Shown piece by piece: positions 16,161 to 24,401 of a stretch of DNA of 24,401 bases. The translations under genes and the position numbers were made by a program. Source of the DNA: a virus. Taxonomy: Duplodnaviria; Heunggongvirae; Uroviricota; Caudoviricetes. Position 1 is the first letter of the stretch; the number at the start of each line of letters is the position of its first letter. Under the pieces are notes generated by a model. That model was not told the DNA's origin and did not search any database. It saw nothing but the letters and a program-made list of their open reading frames with translations. Where the stretch lies: IMG/VR virus record IMGVR_UViG_2526164690_000054; one strand, given 5' to 3'.

Positions 16161-16601
16161 GTACATAGGCTTAAGGCTGATGAAAATTAAGAATGAGTCT
16201 ACCATTGCTTTTTGTGAAATGAGCTATCATCTATGTTATTGATAGTTTCCATAGTTCATTTAGGTAATTGTAAATTTAATTAAAATCAATAACTTACATC
16301 ATAGCAAGAAATGGAGTGCAAATATATTTCTTGACTTCACGTAAGTTACTTTATTGCAATAAATTTTCACTAGGACAGTGCAAGGACACTGATAGTACTT
16401 GATGAGTCCCAGTACAAACTGTTATCCTGTGCTCCACAAATTCTAAAACTTTTATGTTTTTTTACTTTTCAAGAGCTTAACGTAGGTATCGGCGAAGCAC
16501 CACAACTGGAGTGAACACTATGAAAAAGACACTGACCGTAGGTTTCGGTGAAGGTTAACTACAACCTAAAATTTTAAAACAAACCTCCATTAGCACAATA
16601 A

Positions 16602-16627
16602 GGCCTCCCATGCGGAGGTCTTTTGTT
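16602..16627 (+). terminator. hairpin terminator in int-distal intergenic region
   Basis: ggcctcc-catgc-ggaggtc (7-bp stem with one G-U pair) followed by TTTTGTT; the track ATG at 16610 lies inside the loop. Confidence 0.4.
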
Positions 16628-17398
16628 ATAGGAATCAATAAGATGGCGAGAACATTAGTCAACGTCAGCGCTACAATTTTTGCTCTAATGATGATTGTCA
16701 GAGCACTTTTTACTTATATCTACCCTGGAAAACTACCATTTAGCATCGCCATCATTGATTGGCTGATCGTCATTGCTGGTTCTGGTGCAGCAATATCTTC
16801 TATCTTCTGCTTCATCAAAAAACGCTATCCAGACACTGCAGAATTTCTTCCTATGTTCAGCACTGTTTGTTATGTGATTATCCTTATTGGATATGCAATT
16901 TTAAGGTACACACCGGCCTATCAAACATCGCTTTCGATCATGGTTACAGGAATGCTCGTTGGAATGGGATGGTGGATACAATGCATAACGTCCGCTGCTA
17001 ACACGCGCAGGTCCCACACGCTGAACATGATCATTAACACCCGAACAAGCCCGGAGTACCAAAAACAGCTTCGGAACAGCACCAAATTCTATCGGGGCAT
17101 GCGTTATGTACCACAAGAACTATCAGAGTGGCGCTGCAACCCAGACAAAGAAGAATACAAGAATATGAAGGTCCCCGATGAGTACAGGGATGCCATCAAT
17201 GGCCTTTTATATATTCTTAATTATTTCGAGTTTCTTGCGCAGGGTATCAAGTTCAAGGATTTGGATGACGAATTACTGAGGGAGTGCTTCTCCAGCTTCT
17301 TACGCGGGATAGAACGTCGTGGCTTCCACATGATCTTAGAGTCTCAGAAACAGGACCCTGCAGCCTTTGAAGGAATAATCTACCTTTCAAAAAAATGG

Positions 17399-17407
17399 AA
17401 CGGAACA
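17399..17407. repeat. IS10 target-site duplication (left copy, aacggaaca)
   Basis: 9-bp direct repeat identical to 18737-18745, directly abutting the IS10 end. Confidence 0.8.
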
Positions 17408-18736
17408 CTGATGAATCCCCTAATGATTTTGGTAAAAATCATTAAGTTAAGGTGGATACACATCTTGTCATATGATCAAATGGTTTCGCGAAAAATCAAT
17501 AATCAGACAACAAGATGTGCGAACTCGATATTTTACACGACTCTCTTTACCAATTCTGCCCCGAATTACACTTAAAACGACTCAACAGCTTAACGTTGGC
17601 TTGCCACGCATTACTTGACTGTAAAACTCTCACTCTTACCGAACTTGGCCGTAACCTGCCAACCAAAGCGAGAACAAAACATAACATCAAACGAATCGAC
17701 CGATTGTTAGGTAATCGTCACCTCCACAAAGAGCGACTCGCTGTATACCGTTGGCATGCTAGCTTTATCTGTTCGGGCAATACGATGCCCATTGTACTTG
17801 TTGACTGGTCTGATATTCGTGAGCAAAAACGACTTATGGTATTGCGAGCTTCAGTCGCACTACACGGTCGTTCTGTTACTCTTTATGAGAAAGCGTTCCC
17901 GCTTTCAGAGCAATGTTCAAAGAAAGCTCATGACCAATTTCTAGCCGACCTTGCGAGCATTCTACCGAGTAACACCACACCGCTCATTGTCAGTGATGCT
18001 GGCTTTAAAGTGCCATGGTATAAATCCGTTGAGAAGCTGGGTTGGTACTGGTTAAGTCGAGTAAGAGGAAAAGTACAATATGCAGACCTAGGAGCGGAAA
18101 ACTGGAAACCTATCAGCAACTTACATGATATGTCATCTAGTCACTCAAAGACTTTAGGCTATAAGAGGCTGACTAAAAGCAATCCAATCTCATGCCAAAT
18201 TCTATTGTATAAATCTCGCTCTAAAGGCCGAAAAAATCAGCGCTCGACACGGACTCATTGTCACCACCCGTCACCTAAAATCTACTCAGCGTCGGCAAAG
18301 GAGCCATGGGTTCTAGCAACTAACTTACCTGTTGAAATTCGAACACCCAAACAACTTGTTAATATCTATTCGAAGCGAATGCAGATTGAAGAAACCTTCC
18401 GAGACTTGAAAAGTCCTGCCTACGGACTAGGCCTACGCCATAGCCGAACGAGCAGCTCAGAGCGTTTTGATATCATGCTGCTAATCGCCCTGATGCTTCA
18501 ACTAACATGTTGGCTTGCGGGCGTTCATGCTCAGAAACAAGGTTGGGACAAGCACTTCCAGGCTAACACAGTCAGAAATCGAAACGTACTCTCAACAGTT
18601 CGCTTAGGCATGGAAGTTTTGCGGCATTCTGGCTACACAATAACAAGGGAAGACTTACTCGTGGCTGCAACCCTACTAGCTCAAAATTTATTCACACATG
18701 GTTACGCTTTGGGGAAATTATGAGGGGATCTCTCAG
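17408..18736 (+). mobile_element. IS10 insertion sequence (complete, 1329 bp)
   Basis: Outside end CTGATGAATCCCCTAATGATTTTGGTAAAAATCATTAAG at 17408; inside end ...GGGGATCTCTCAG ending at 18736; encodes the 402-aa IS10 transposase; flanked by a 9-bp duplication. Confidence 0.9.
17515..18723 (+). CDS. IS10 transposase (IS4 family)
   Basis: 402-aa ORF within the IS10 ends; sequence recognised as the IS10/Tn10 transposase. Confidence 0.9.
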   Translation: MCELDILHDSLYQFCPELHLKRLNSLTLACHALLDCKTLTLTELGRNLPTKARTKHNIKRIDRLLGNRHLHKERLAVYRWHASFICSGNTMPIVLVDWSDIREQKRLMVLRASVALHGRSVTLYEKAFPLSEQCSKKAHDQFLADLASILPSNTTPLIVSDAGFKVPWYKSVEKLGWYWLSRVRGKVQYADLGAENWKPISNLHDMSSSHSKTLGYKRLTKSNPISCQILLYKSRSKGRKNQRSTRTHCHHPSPKIYSASAKEPWVLATNLPVEIRTPKQLVNIYSKRMQIEETFRDLKSPAYGLGLRHSRTSSSERFDIMLLIALMLQLTCWLAGVHAQKQGWDKHFQANTVRNRNVLSTVRLGMEVLRHSGYTITREDLLVAATLLAQNLFTHGYALGKL

Positions 18737-18745
18737 AACGGAACA
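18737..18745. repeat. IS10 target-site duplication (right copy, aacggaaca)
   Basis: 9-bp direct repeat identical to 17399-17407. Confidence 0.8.
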
Positions 18746-18998
18746 TCGTTTGTTGAAACCCACCGTTCCAACCCTAATACGGTTGAGCTCGGGGTTCCAT
18801 ATCCTTCAAACGATATGGTTGAAAAAATGGTTCAAGGTCAGCCGTTAATAGATAGCGACGCAGGGCCGGAACTTCAAGTGGCCACTTAATCTCGTTGTAT
18901 GGACCAAGAGAGGACCAGAAAATGCACTCAAAATGCACTTGAGGCATTTTTAAACAGAGAATGCATTGTTATTCAATGGGTTAAGCATTGCTCGGGCA

Positions 18999-19023
18999 CG
19001 GGTTCAACTCCCGCCAGCTCCAC
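18999..19023 (+). other. fragment resembling the 3' end of tmRNA (probable att core remnant)
   Basis: cgggttcaactcccgccagctccac matches the T-arm/acceptor 3' end of E. coli tmRNA as recalled; upstream sequence does not continue as tmRNA and no CCA follows. Confidence 0.5.
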
Positions 19024-19058
19024 TTTTTAGTTGTTTGAAGTTCAATGAAGTCTACTAA

Positions 19059-19090
19059 GCCCACACAGCACAAGCTCTGCGGGCTTTTTT
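19059..19090 (+). terminator. possible rho-independent terminator
   Basis: Imperfect hairpin gcccacacagc-acaa-gctctgcgggc (9 of 11 pairs) followed by T6. Confidence 0.4.
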
Positions 19091-19187
19091 ACGTCTATTG
19101 TCGTCCAGTGAGAATTGCTGAGAACTACGAGTTATGGCACCCTGAATGGGACCCACTAAGAAGGGTCCAAAAACCGAGGGTCCCAAA

Positions 19188-20408
19188 ATGGCAAAAATCG
19201 CTAAGAAGCTCACTGACACTGAAATCAAAAGCACCAAGCCAGCCGATAAAGAAATCAACTTGTTTGACGGTGATGGTCTGATTCTACGAATCGCTCCTTT
19301 GGCGAAAGGAGGCAAGAAAAATTGGTATTTCAGGTATGCAGTACCCGTGAGCAAGAAAAGAACCAAAATGAGCCTTGGGACATATCCTCACCTTACCCTT
19401 GCAAGAGCCAGAGCCTTACGTGATGAATATCTCTCCTTTCTGGCAAATGGTGTTGATCCCCAAATCCATAACAACGATAAGGCGAAGGCATTAAAGAGTG
19501 CTACTGAGCACACTCTCCAAGCCGTAGCGCGGAAATGGTTAGATGAGAAGGTAAAGACATCAGGTATCTCACAAGACCATGCAGCAGACATCTGGCGCAG
19601 CTTAGAGAGAAATGTCTTTCCCGGTCTGGGTAATGTCCCTATCCGACCTAAGCTCTTAAAACAACACCTTGATCCTATTGAGCAACGAGGCGTATTGGAA
19701 ACTCTACGCCGTATCATTTCACGTCTGAATGAAATCTTCCGGTGGGCAGCTACTGAAGAACTTATTGAGTTCAACCCGGCTGACAACCTTGGTCAAAGAT
19801 TCAGTAAACCAAAAAAGCAAAATATGCCTGCCCTTCCCCCAAGCGAATTGCCAAGGTTTATGGAATCTTTGACGAATGCGTCAATCCGGTTGGAAACACG
19901 TATGCTAATTGAATGGCAATTGTTGACATGGGTTCGTCCGGGTGAAGCCGTTCGCGCAAGGTGGTCTGATATTGATACAACCAACAGCATTTGGAACATT
20001 CCTGCTGATTTCATGAAAATGAAAAAGCTTCACAAAGTTCCTTTGAGTAAAGAAGCTTTGCGCATCCTTGAATTAATGAAATCAATAAGTGGGCATAGAG
20101 AATGGGTTTTCCCCAGCATAAAAGCGCCTCTTAATCATATGCATGAACAAACAGCCAACGCAGCTATCATCCGAATGGGGTTCGGAGGCGAGCTTGTAGC
20201 TCACGGTATGCGTTCTATTGCACGAACAGCGGCAGAGGAGTCTGGTAAATTCAGAGCTGAAGTTCTTGAGGCAGCGCTTGCCCACTCGAAAAAAGATGAA
20301 ATTATCGCAGCATACAATCGTGCAGAATATCTGATAGAGCGACAGAGTTTGATGCAATGGTGGAGTGATTACGTTCAAGCTCAAAGATCAAATGCTCTGG
20401 TAGCCTAA
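19188..20408 (+). CDS. P4-type tyrosine integrase (IntA-like)
   Basis: N-terminus AKKLTDTEIKSTKPADKEINLFDGDGLILRI is typical of P4-family integrases; C-terminal catalytic region (HGMRSIARTAA...AHSK...AYNRAEY); ATG 19188 preceded by GAGGG; adjacent to the tmRNA-like att fragment. Confidence 0.85.
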   Translation: MAKIAKKLTDTEIKSTKPADKEINLFDGDGLILRIAPLAKGGKKNWYFRYAVPVSKKRTKMSLGTYPHLTLARARALRDEYLSFLANGVDPQIHNNDKAKALKSATEHTLQAVARKWLDEKVKTSGISQDHAADIWRSLERNVFPGLGNVPIRPKLLKQHLDPIEQRGVLETLRRIISRLNEIFRWAATEELIEFNPADNLGQRFSKPKKQNMPALPPSELPRFMESLTNASIRLETRMLIEWQLLTWVRPGEAVRARWSDIDTTNSIWNIPADFMKMKKLHKVPLSKEALRILELMKSISGHREWVFPSIKAPLNHMHEQTANAAIIRMGFGGELVAHGMRSIARTAAEESGKFRAEVLEAALAHSKKDEIIAAYNRAEYLIERQSLMQWWSDYVQAQRSNALVA

Positions 20409-20932
20409 GTATCAGAATAGCTAATATAATCCTGAAGGTAAAGAAAATGGAAACCCTATTCAAAGTTTTTGAAAAATTTAGTTCCAGACCACTTTTTTTA
20501 TTTTTTTCGGACTCTCACTTTGTGAATTTTTTCAGAAACAATCTGTTCTGATGAATCCATCAGCAGATAACATCGCGAAATTATTCGCAGCCATGATATT
20601 AGTTGTTTTTTTACTTGGGGATTTGAATGGCTAATCTTCAAGTTCAATGTAAACCTTGAACCTCATGATCAAGGCGATATTGGACCAACAATTGGAACGG
20701 CTACTTTAGCTGTATACTTAGTTTATGCCTTTCACTTTCTCAGTGAAAATCCTGAAGCATTAAATTTAAAGTTATTAACTAACTCTGGCTTTATATACAG
20801 CACAACTCTATTATTATTCTCATTAGAATGCATGAAGCTTAGAAGACTTAAACAAAAATAAACAACATCATTGTGATGATAAATATAAAATAGGCATGGC
20901 GAAAAAAAATCACCACGCCTAAAATATAATAA

Positions 20933-22699
20933 TTATGGTAGCATCATTGATACATAATCCACACCAATCCTTGAGCTATACTGAGACGCTATAGCCTGAT
21001 ATCTTTCTGCATAACCAGTTCTCAGTTGAGATTTAAGTTTGAGTCGGACAGGAACATTTTGCACGTTGCCATCCATATTACTTAAAAACACGGCAGAAAT
21101 AATATTTTTTTCTTCGCCATCAACTGTTGTTCCATGATTCAACACCACCATATAATCAACAACAGGAAGCGTTTTATCCCCTTCGAAAATAGAGAGATAT
21201 TTTCTTTGATTTTTATGCATTACATATATATATTTCGAATGTTCAGCAAATGGCAATGCTTTACTCTGACTGGCGTTAAAAAGCTCCAGAACTTTAATGA
21301 GCCTGTGCGGACTTAATCTTACATGGTGAGGGTCGTTACCCTGAGTAGGAACCAAATCACATGCCGCAGATACACATAAATACCATTTGTTCGACTCTGT
21401 ATCAAAGAAAATAGTGCCAGTAGAAATATGACCATCTTCAAAATTCTTTGAAGACAAATTCATATTTAAAGCATGATACATTTCGTGATAAGTATCATTA
21501 TTTGATGGCAGATCCATTTTTGAAGAGCAATATTGGAGCAATGCAGCAACTCCGCTGTTAGCGTATTCATTTGAATAGCTATCAAAAACACTTTTGATAA
21601 ATTCATCCAGCGTATTATTATTTTTAAGTCTTTGATAAAGCTCTTCTGATAAATTACCAAATACAAAGTCAATATTTCTACATCTAATATCAGGCGAGTC
21701 TGATTTTAATATCTCATTTAACCACGCAGCTTGACCGTAATGATCGTTAGCCAAATGATTTACAAAAGATAAAGCCTCAGCTTCGATTGCATTCTGAATT
21801 TCAGATTTTATTAACTGATAATAAGATGGTTTCCATTCAATGAGAGAATCATTGAGAGTTTGCCAAATCCTATCTCCATCGTTTTCATGATCATCTTGAA
21901 CCTTATGAAATAGGGAGACAAAGATATTACCACATTGAATCCATTTTACTCCGCTTTCATCACCCCGAATGACATTGCCAGATGTGTTGCTAGAAATAAT
22001 TGCATTTCTAGACACAGCATATTCTGCAATCATTTTTGCAATGAAGTTTTTATCCTTTTGATCCTCCAACACAGCATCATCATGTATTAATCTTTTAATT
22101 CTTCTACAAGGCTTACTGTCTTTAATATAGGCTATTATTTCATCTCTTGTGAGAGCTTTATTACCATTATCATTTAAGTTCGGTAATACAACGTCTTCCC
22201 AATAACTTTGGACATCTTCATTATCGTAGTCAATGATCAAGCTGTTGATATCCAGAGCACCTTTGAGAGTCGATGATATCTGCATCCAAACCGTTTCTAA
22301 ATTCTCTCTAGTATATATTACAATCATATTTAAATGATCGGAGTCTTTCAAATCTTGTAATAGTTTAAGTGTTTTATCAGGTGCATTATTATCAAGATGA
22401 TAATCTACAATAATAAGATCTGATTTTCTAATCCGATCCACATCGAAATTAACAGAACCATTGTCAACATCACAAATCATATTTTTAGATTGAAAAAAGC
22501 TCTCAAGAGTAGCGGCTCGTTTAGATGAGTCAATTTTGTTGTAGTCTAAATCAACTTCGTTATTCAACGCCCTGATTGATTCAGAATACGTCAGAAAATC
22601 GTCATCAATCATGACAACGGAACGAATTGCATTTTCGCAGAAAGTTTTCTGGACAAGAGAATTATAATTTGCCACTGTCATATTAGAACTCCACTCCAT
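20933..22699 (-). CDS. receiver-like (CheY-type) N-terminal domain fused to large uncharacterised C-terminal domain
   Basis: 588 aa; N-terminal ~150 aa carries VVMIDDD (acidic pair), DLIIVDYHL (candidate phospho-Asp) and MIVIYT (conserved Thr) with receiver-like spacing; remaining ~430 aa have no recognisable motif; start overlaps the kinase gene by 17 nt. Confidence 0.6.
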   Translation of the reverse strand: MEWSSNMTVANYNSLVQKTFCENAIRSVVMIDDDFLTYSESIRALNNEVDLDYNKIDSSKRAATLESFFQSKNMICDVDNGSVNFDVDRIRKSDLIIVDYHLDNNAPDKTLKLLQDLKDSDHLNMIVIYTRENLETVWMQISSTLKGALDINSLIIDYDNEDVQSYWEDVVLPNLNDNGNKALTRDEIIAYIKDSKPCRRIKRLIHDDAVLEDQKDKNFIAKMIAEYAVSRNAIISSNTSGNVIRGDESGVKWIQCGNIFVSLFHKVQDDHENDGDRIWQTLNDSLIEWKPSYYQLIKSEIQNAIEAEALSFVNHLANDHYGQAAWLNEILKSDSPDIRCRNIDFVFGNLSEELYQRLKNNNTLDEFIKSVFDSYSNEYANSGVAALLQYCSSKMDLPSNNDTYHEMYHALNMNLSSKNFEDGHISTGTIFFDTESNKWYLCVSAACDLVPTQGNDPHHVRLSPHRLIKVLELFNASQSKALPFAEHSKYIYVMHKNQRKYLSIFEGDKTLPVVDYMVVLNHGTTVDGEEKNIISAVFLSNMDGNVQNVPVRLKLKSQLRTGYAERYQAIASQYSSRIGVDYVSMMLP

Positions 22700-24401
22700 T
22701 GAACTGGATCACAAAATTAGCGCCATCTTTTATTAAATAGTTATCGCCTTCATCAGGTTCTGAATACCATATTTTATGATGTGCAACAGCAAGGTTTTCT
22801 CGACATAGATACAGACCTACCCCATGTCCATTTGCTCTTTTGCTATAAAATAGTTCAAATAGTCGCGGGATATCATCGGTATCAATTGCCGGACCAGAAT
22901 TTGCTATGATAACCAAAGAATTCACAAAACCAATCTTTATGAGCCTATTATTTGACAGACTGACCCAATACATTGCATTGTTGATAATATTAGTAAAAAC
23001 AGGATAGATCCTTAATGGTATATCTGTTATTGCGATTTGCTTAAACTCTTCACTAAATTCAATAGTTATTCGTTGCCGTTCGAAACGCTCCCCAAAGAAC
23101 TTCAGGACATAATCCATGATATTTTTTCCAGTTATTCTCTGCCTGGATTGATAACCTGATATTTTCAAAGGTGATAAGAAACGTATTTGTTGAGTAAGCG
23201 ATCTGTGAGCATTTAACGCCAATGAAAAACCAGGGTGTTCTTTTACAGAAGTAGGAAGAGAGTTTAGTCCTCTGGTTACCATAGAATCCATTTCTTCAAG
23301 TTCATGAGATATTATCTCAACACTAATACCTAACTGTGCAAGCGCGTTTAAACTTTTAGCTTTTTCTTCAAAATATGAGCGTTCTTCTTCAGATAATGAG
23401 AATGCTGAATCTAAGTTTATACCTTCAAATAATCTATCGAGACCTTTTATTATTGATTGATATTTGAAAGTTAGGGTATCAACTGACTCAACATATAAAC
23501 TATCGAGCAAATTAAACACATTTTCAATTTGTGAATCATTATCTATTGAATCAACAACTGATATAGTTTTAGCATAATAATCACTTCGATCAACCTTTAT
23601 TTCATCGGCCCATTTTTTTAAAAGAGAATGTATCTTCTCCTCTATCGTGTTATTAAACTTAGTTAGTTTAGAATTAATAATACCTTGATTTTTTTCAAGG
23701 TGATTTTTCGCTGACAATGAAGGCTCAAGTTTATTTAATTCAGAATCAAGTTTATTAATTGCTAACTTCATTTGTAGAATATACGCAGAGAACTCATTAA
23801 ATTTATCTCTGTAGTCTCTATATTTCTCTTCATACATTCCAAGTTTTGGAGGTTTGATAGGCGTTTTAATTTCACTGCGCAACGCATCTAAGTTTGTAAG
23901 ATCACTGTCTATAATTTTAAGATAGTTTAAATCTAACGAACCATCAGTTTTATCAAGCTTAGTTTTCAGCCTTTTAACAGCCTCCAAGGAAGCATCAAGA
24001 ACTGGTGTCTGATTCTTCAAAGCTTCTGAAAAACTTTTTTGTGTTGATTTTCGAGCTTGTTGTTGAGCAGATTTTCTTAACTCTTTTTCACGCTTAACTT
24101 GTTCTAAAAGCTCTTTACGGTCATCAGAACGTGAACCAAAAAATCTATCAGCAAGTTCAGTTAACAAATTAGATATAATAGTTTTCAGTTCTCTTGCAGC
24201 CTGGTTTCTTATGAATCCCTCTCTCCCCGACTTATCTTTCAGCTCTTTATTACTGGATTGAGTAATTCCAATATAACCAAAAATCCTTCTATTAGACCAA
24301 TAATATCGCCCTGCATTCCATGAACGTCTTTCTTCTATCTGGAAGAAATCATTATCTACTCGACCATAAGGTAATACTCTCAAGCTATCCCTAAAAATCA
24401 T
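22683..24401 (-). CDS. histidine-kinase-type protein (HisKA-like H-box plus HATPase_c), 5'-partial at window edge
   Basis: Frame open to the window end; Lys/Glu-rich coiled-coil-like middle; H-box-like GISVEIISHELEEM, N-box NIINNAMYW, G1 IIANSGPAID, G2 GHGVGLYLC in canonical order and spacing. Confidence 0.65.
   Translation of the reverse strand: MIFRDSLRVLPYGRVDNDFFQIEERRSWNAGRYYWSNRRIFGYIGITQSSNKELKDKSGREGFIRNQAARELKTIISNLLTELADRFFGSRSDDRKELLEQVKREKELRKSAQQQARKSTQKSFSEALKNQTPVLDASLEAVKRLKTKLDKTDGSLDLNYLKIIDSDLTNLDALRSEIKTPIKPPKLGMYEEKYRDYRDKFNEFSAYILQMKLAINKLDSELNKLEPSLSAKNHLEKNQGIINSKLTKFNNTIEEKIHSLLKKWADEIKVDRSDYYAKTISVVDSIDNDSQIENVFNLLDSLYVESVDTLTFKYQSIIKGLDRLFEGINLDSAFSLSEEERSYFEEKAKSLNALAQLGISVEIISHELEEMDSMVTRGLNSLPTSVKEHPGFSLALNAHRSLTQQIRFLSPLKISGYQSRQRITGKNIMDYVLKFFGERFERQRITIEFSEEFKQIAITDIPLRIYPVFTNIINNAMYWVSLSNNRLIKIGFVNSLVIIANSGPAIDTDDIPRLFELFYSKRANGHGVGLYLCRENLAVAHHKIWYSEPDEGDNYLIKDGANFVIQFNGVEF

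Larger units (their letters stand above)
16643..18889 (+). pseudogene. membrane-protein gene interrupted by IS10 (5' part 16643-17407, 3' part 18746-18889)
   Basis: N-terminal multi-TM region plus soluble C-domain; the reading frame is restored exactly when IS10 and one copy of the 9-bp duplication are removed (...KKWNGT|SFVETHRS...). Confidence 0.6.

Noticed and set aside
18890-19023. Possible complete tRNA or tmRNA gene
   Set aside because: Only the last ~25 nt resemble a tRNA-like 3' end; no matching 5' acceptor strand or D and anticodon arms upstream, and no CCA. Treated as an att fragment.
20440-20544. 34-codon ORF in the integrase-distal AT-rich intergenic region
   Set aside because: Highly AT-rich, Phe-rich low-complexity translation and weak start context; more likely non-coding.

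Overview
Mosaic accessory region, read from sequence alone with no database searches. (1) 1-1472: AT-rich block of + strand ORFs with no recognisable motifs (cargo of unknown function), converging on the prophage. (2) 1475-16160: regulatory and early region of a lambdoid prophage. The minus strand carries a tightly packed, translationally coupled rightward-operon analogue: CII-like, Rha-domain protein, replication initiator with internal iteron-like repeats, PerC-like regulator, phage Dam methyltransferase, LexA-DNA-binding-domain-only protein, RusA resolvase, KilA-N and KilAC ORFs, DUF968-like HNH-motif protein, Q antiterminator, then a terminator. No lysis or structural genes follow Q. A divergent Cro-like/CI immunity switch sits at 8294-9259. 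The + strand early-left operon (9926-16160) encodes a DUF2303-like protein, an HD-domain phosphohydrolase, a PAPS-reductase-like PP-loop enzyme, Ea22-like and DUF551 proteins, several small ORFs, Xis-like protein and a tyrosine integrase. (3) 16610-18889: a membrane-protein gene interrupted by a complete IS10 (17408-18736) with a 9-bp target-site duplication. (4) 18999-19023: a fragment resembling the 3' end of tmRNA (probable att remnant), followed by a P4-type integrase (19188-20408). (5) 20933-24401: an AT-rich island carrying an overlapping gene pair, a histidine-kinase-type protein (5' end off-window) and a receiver-like domain fused to a large uncharacterised C-terminal domain. This pair is the strongest candidate for an undescribed signalling-based (possibly anti-phage) system. 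No rRNA, complete tRNA or CRISPR array was seen.
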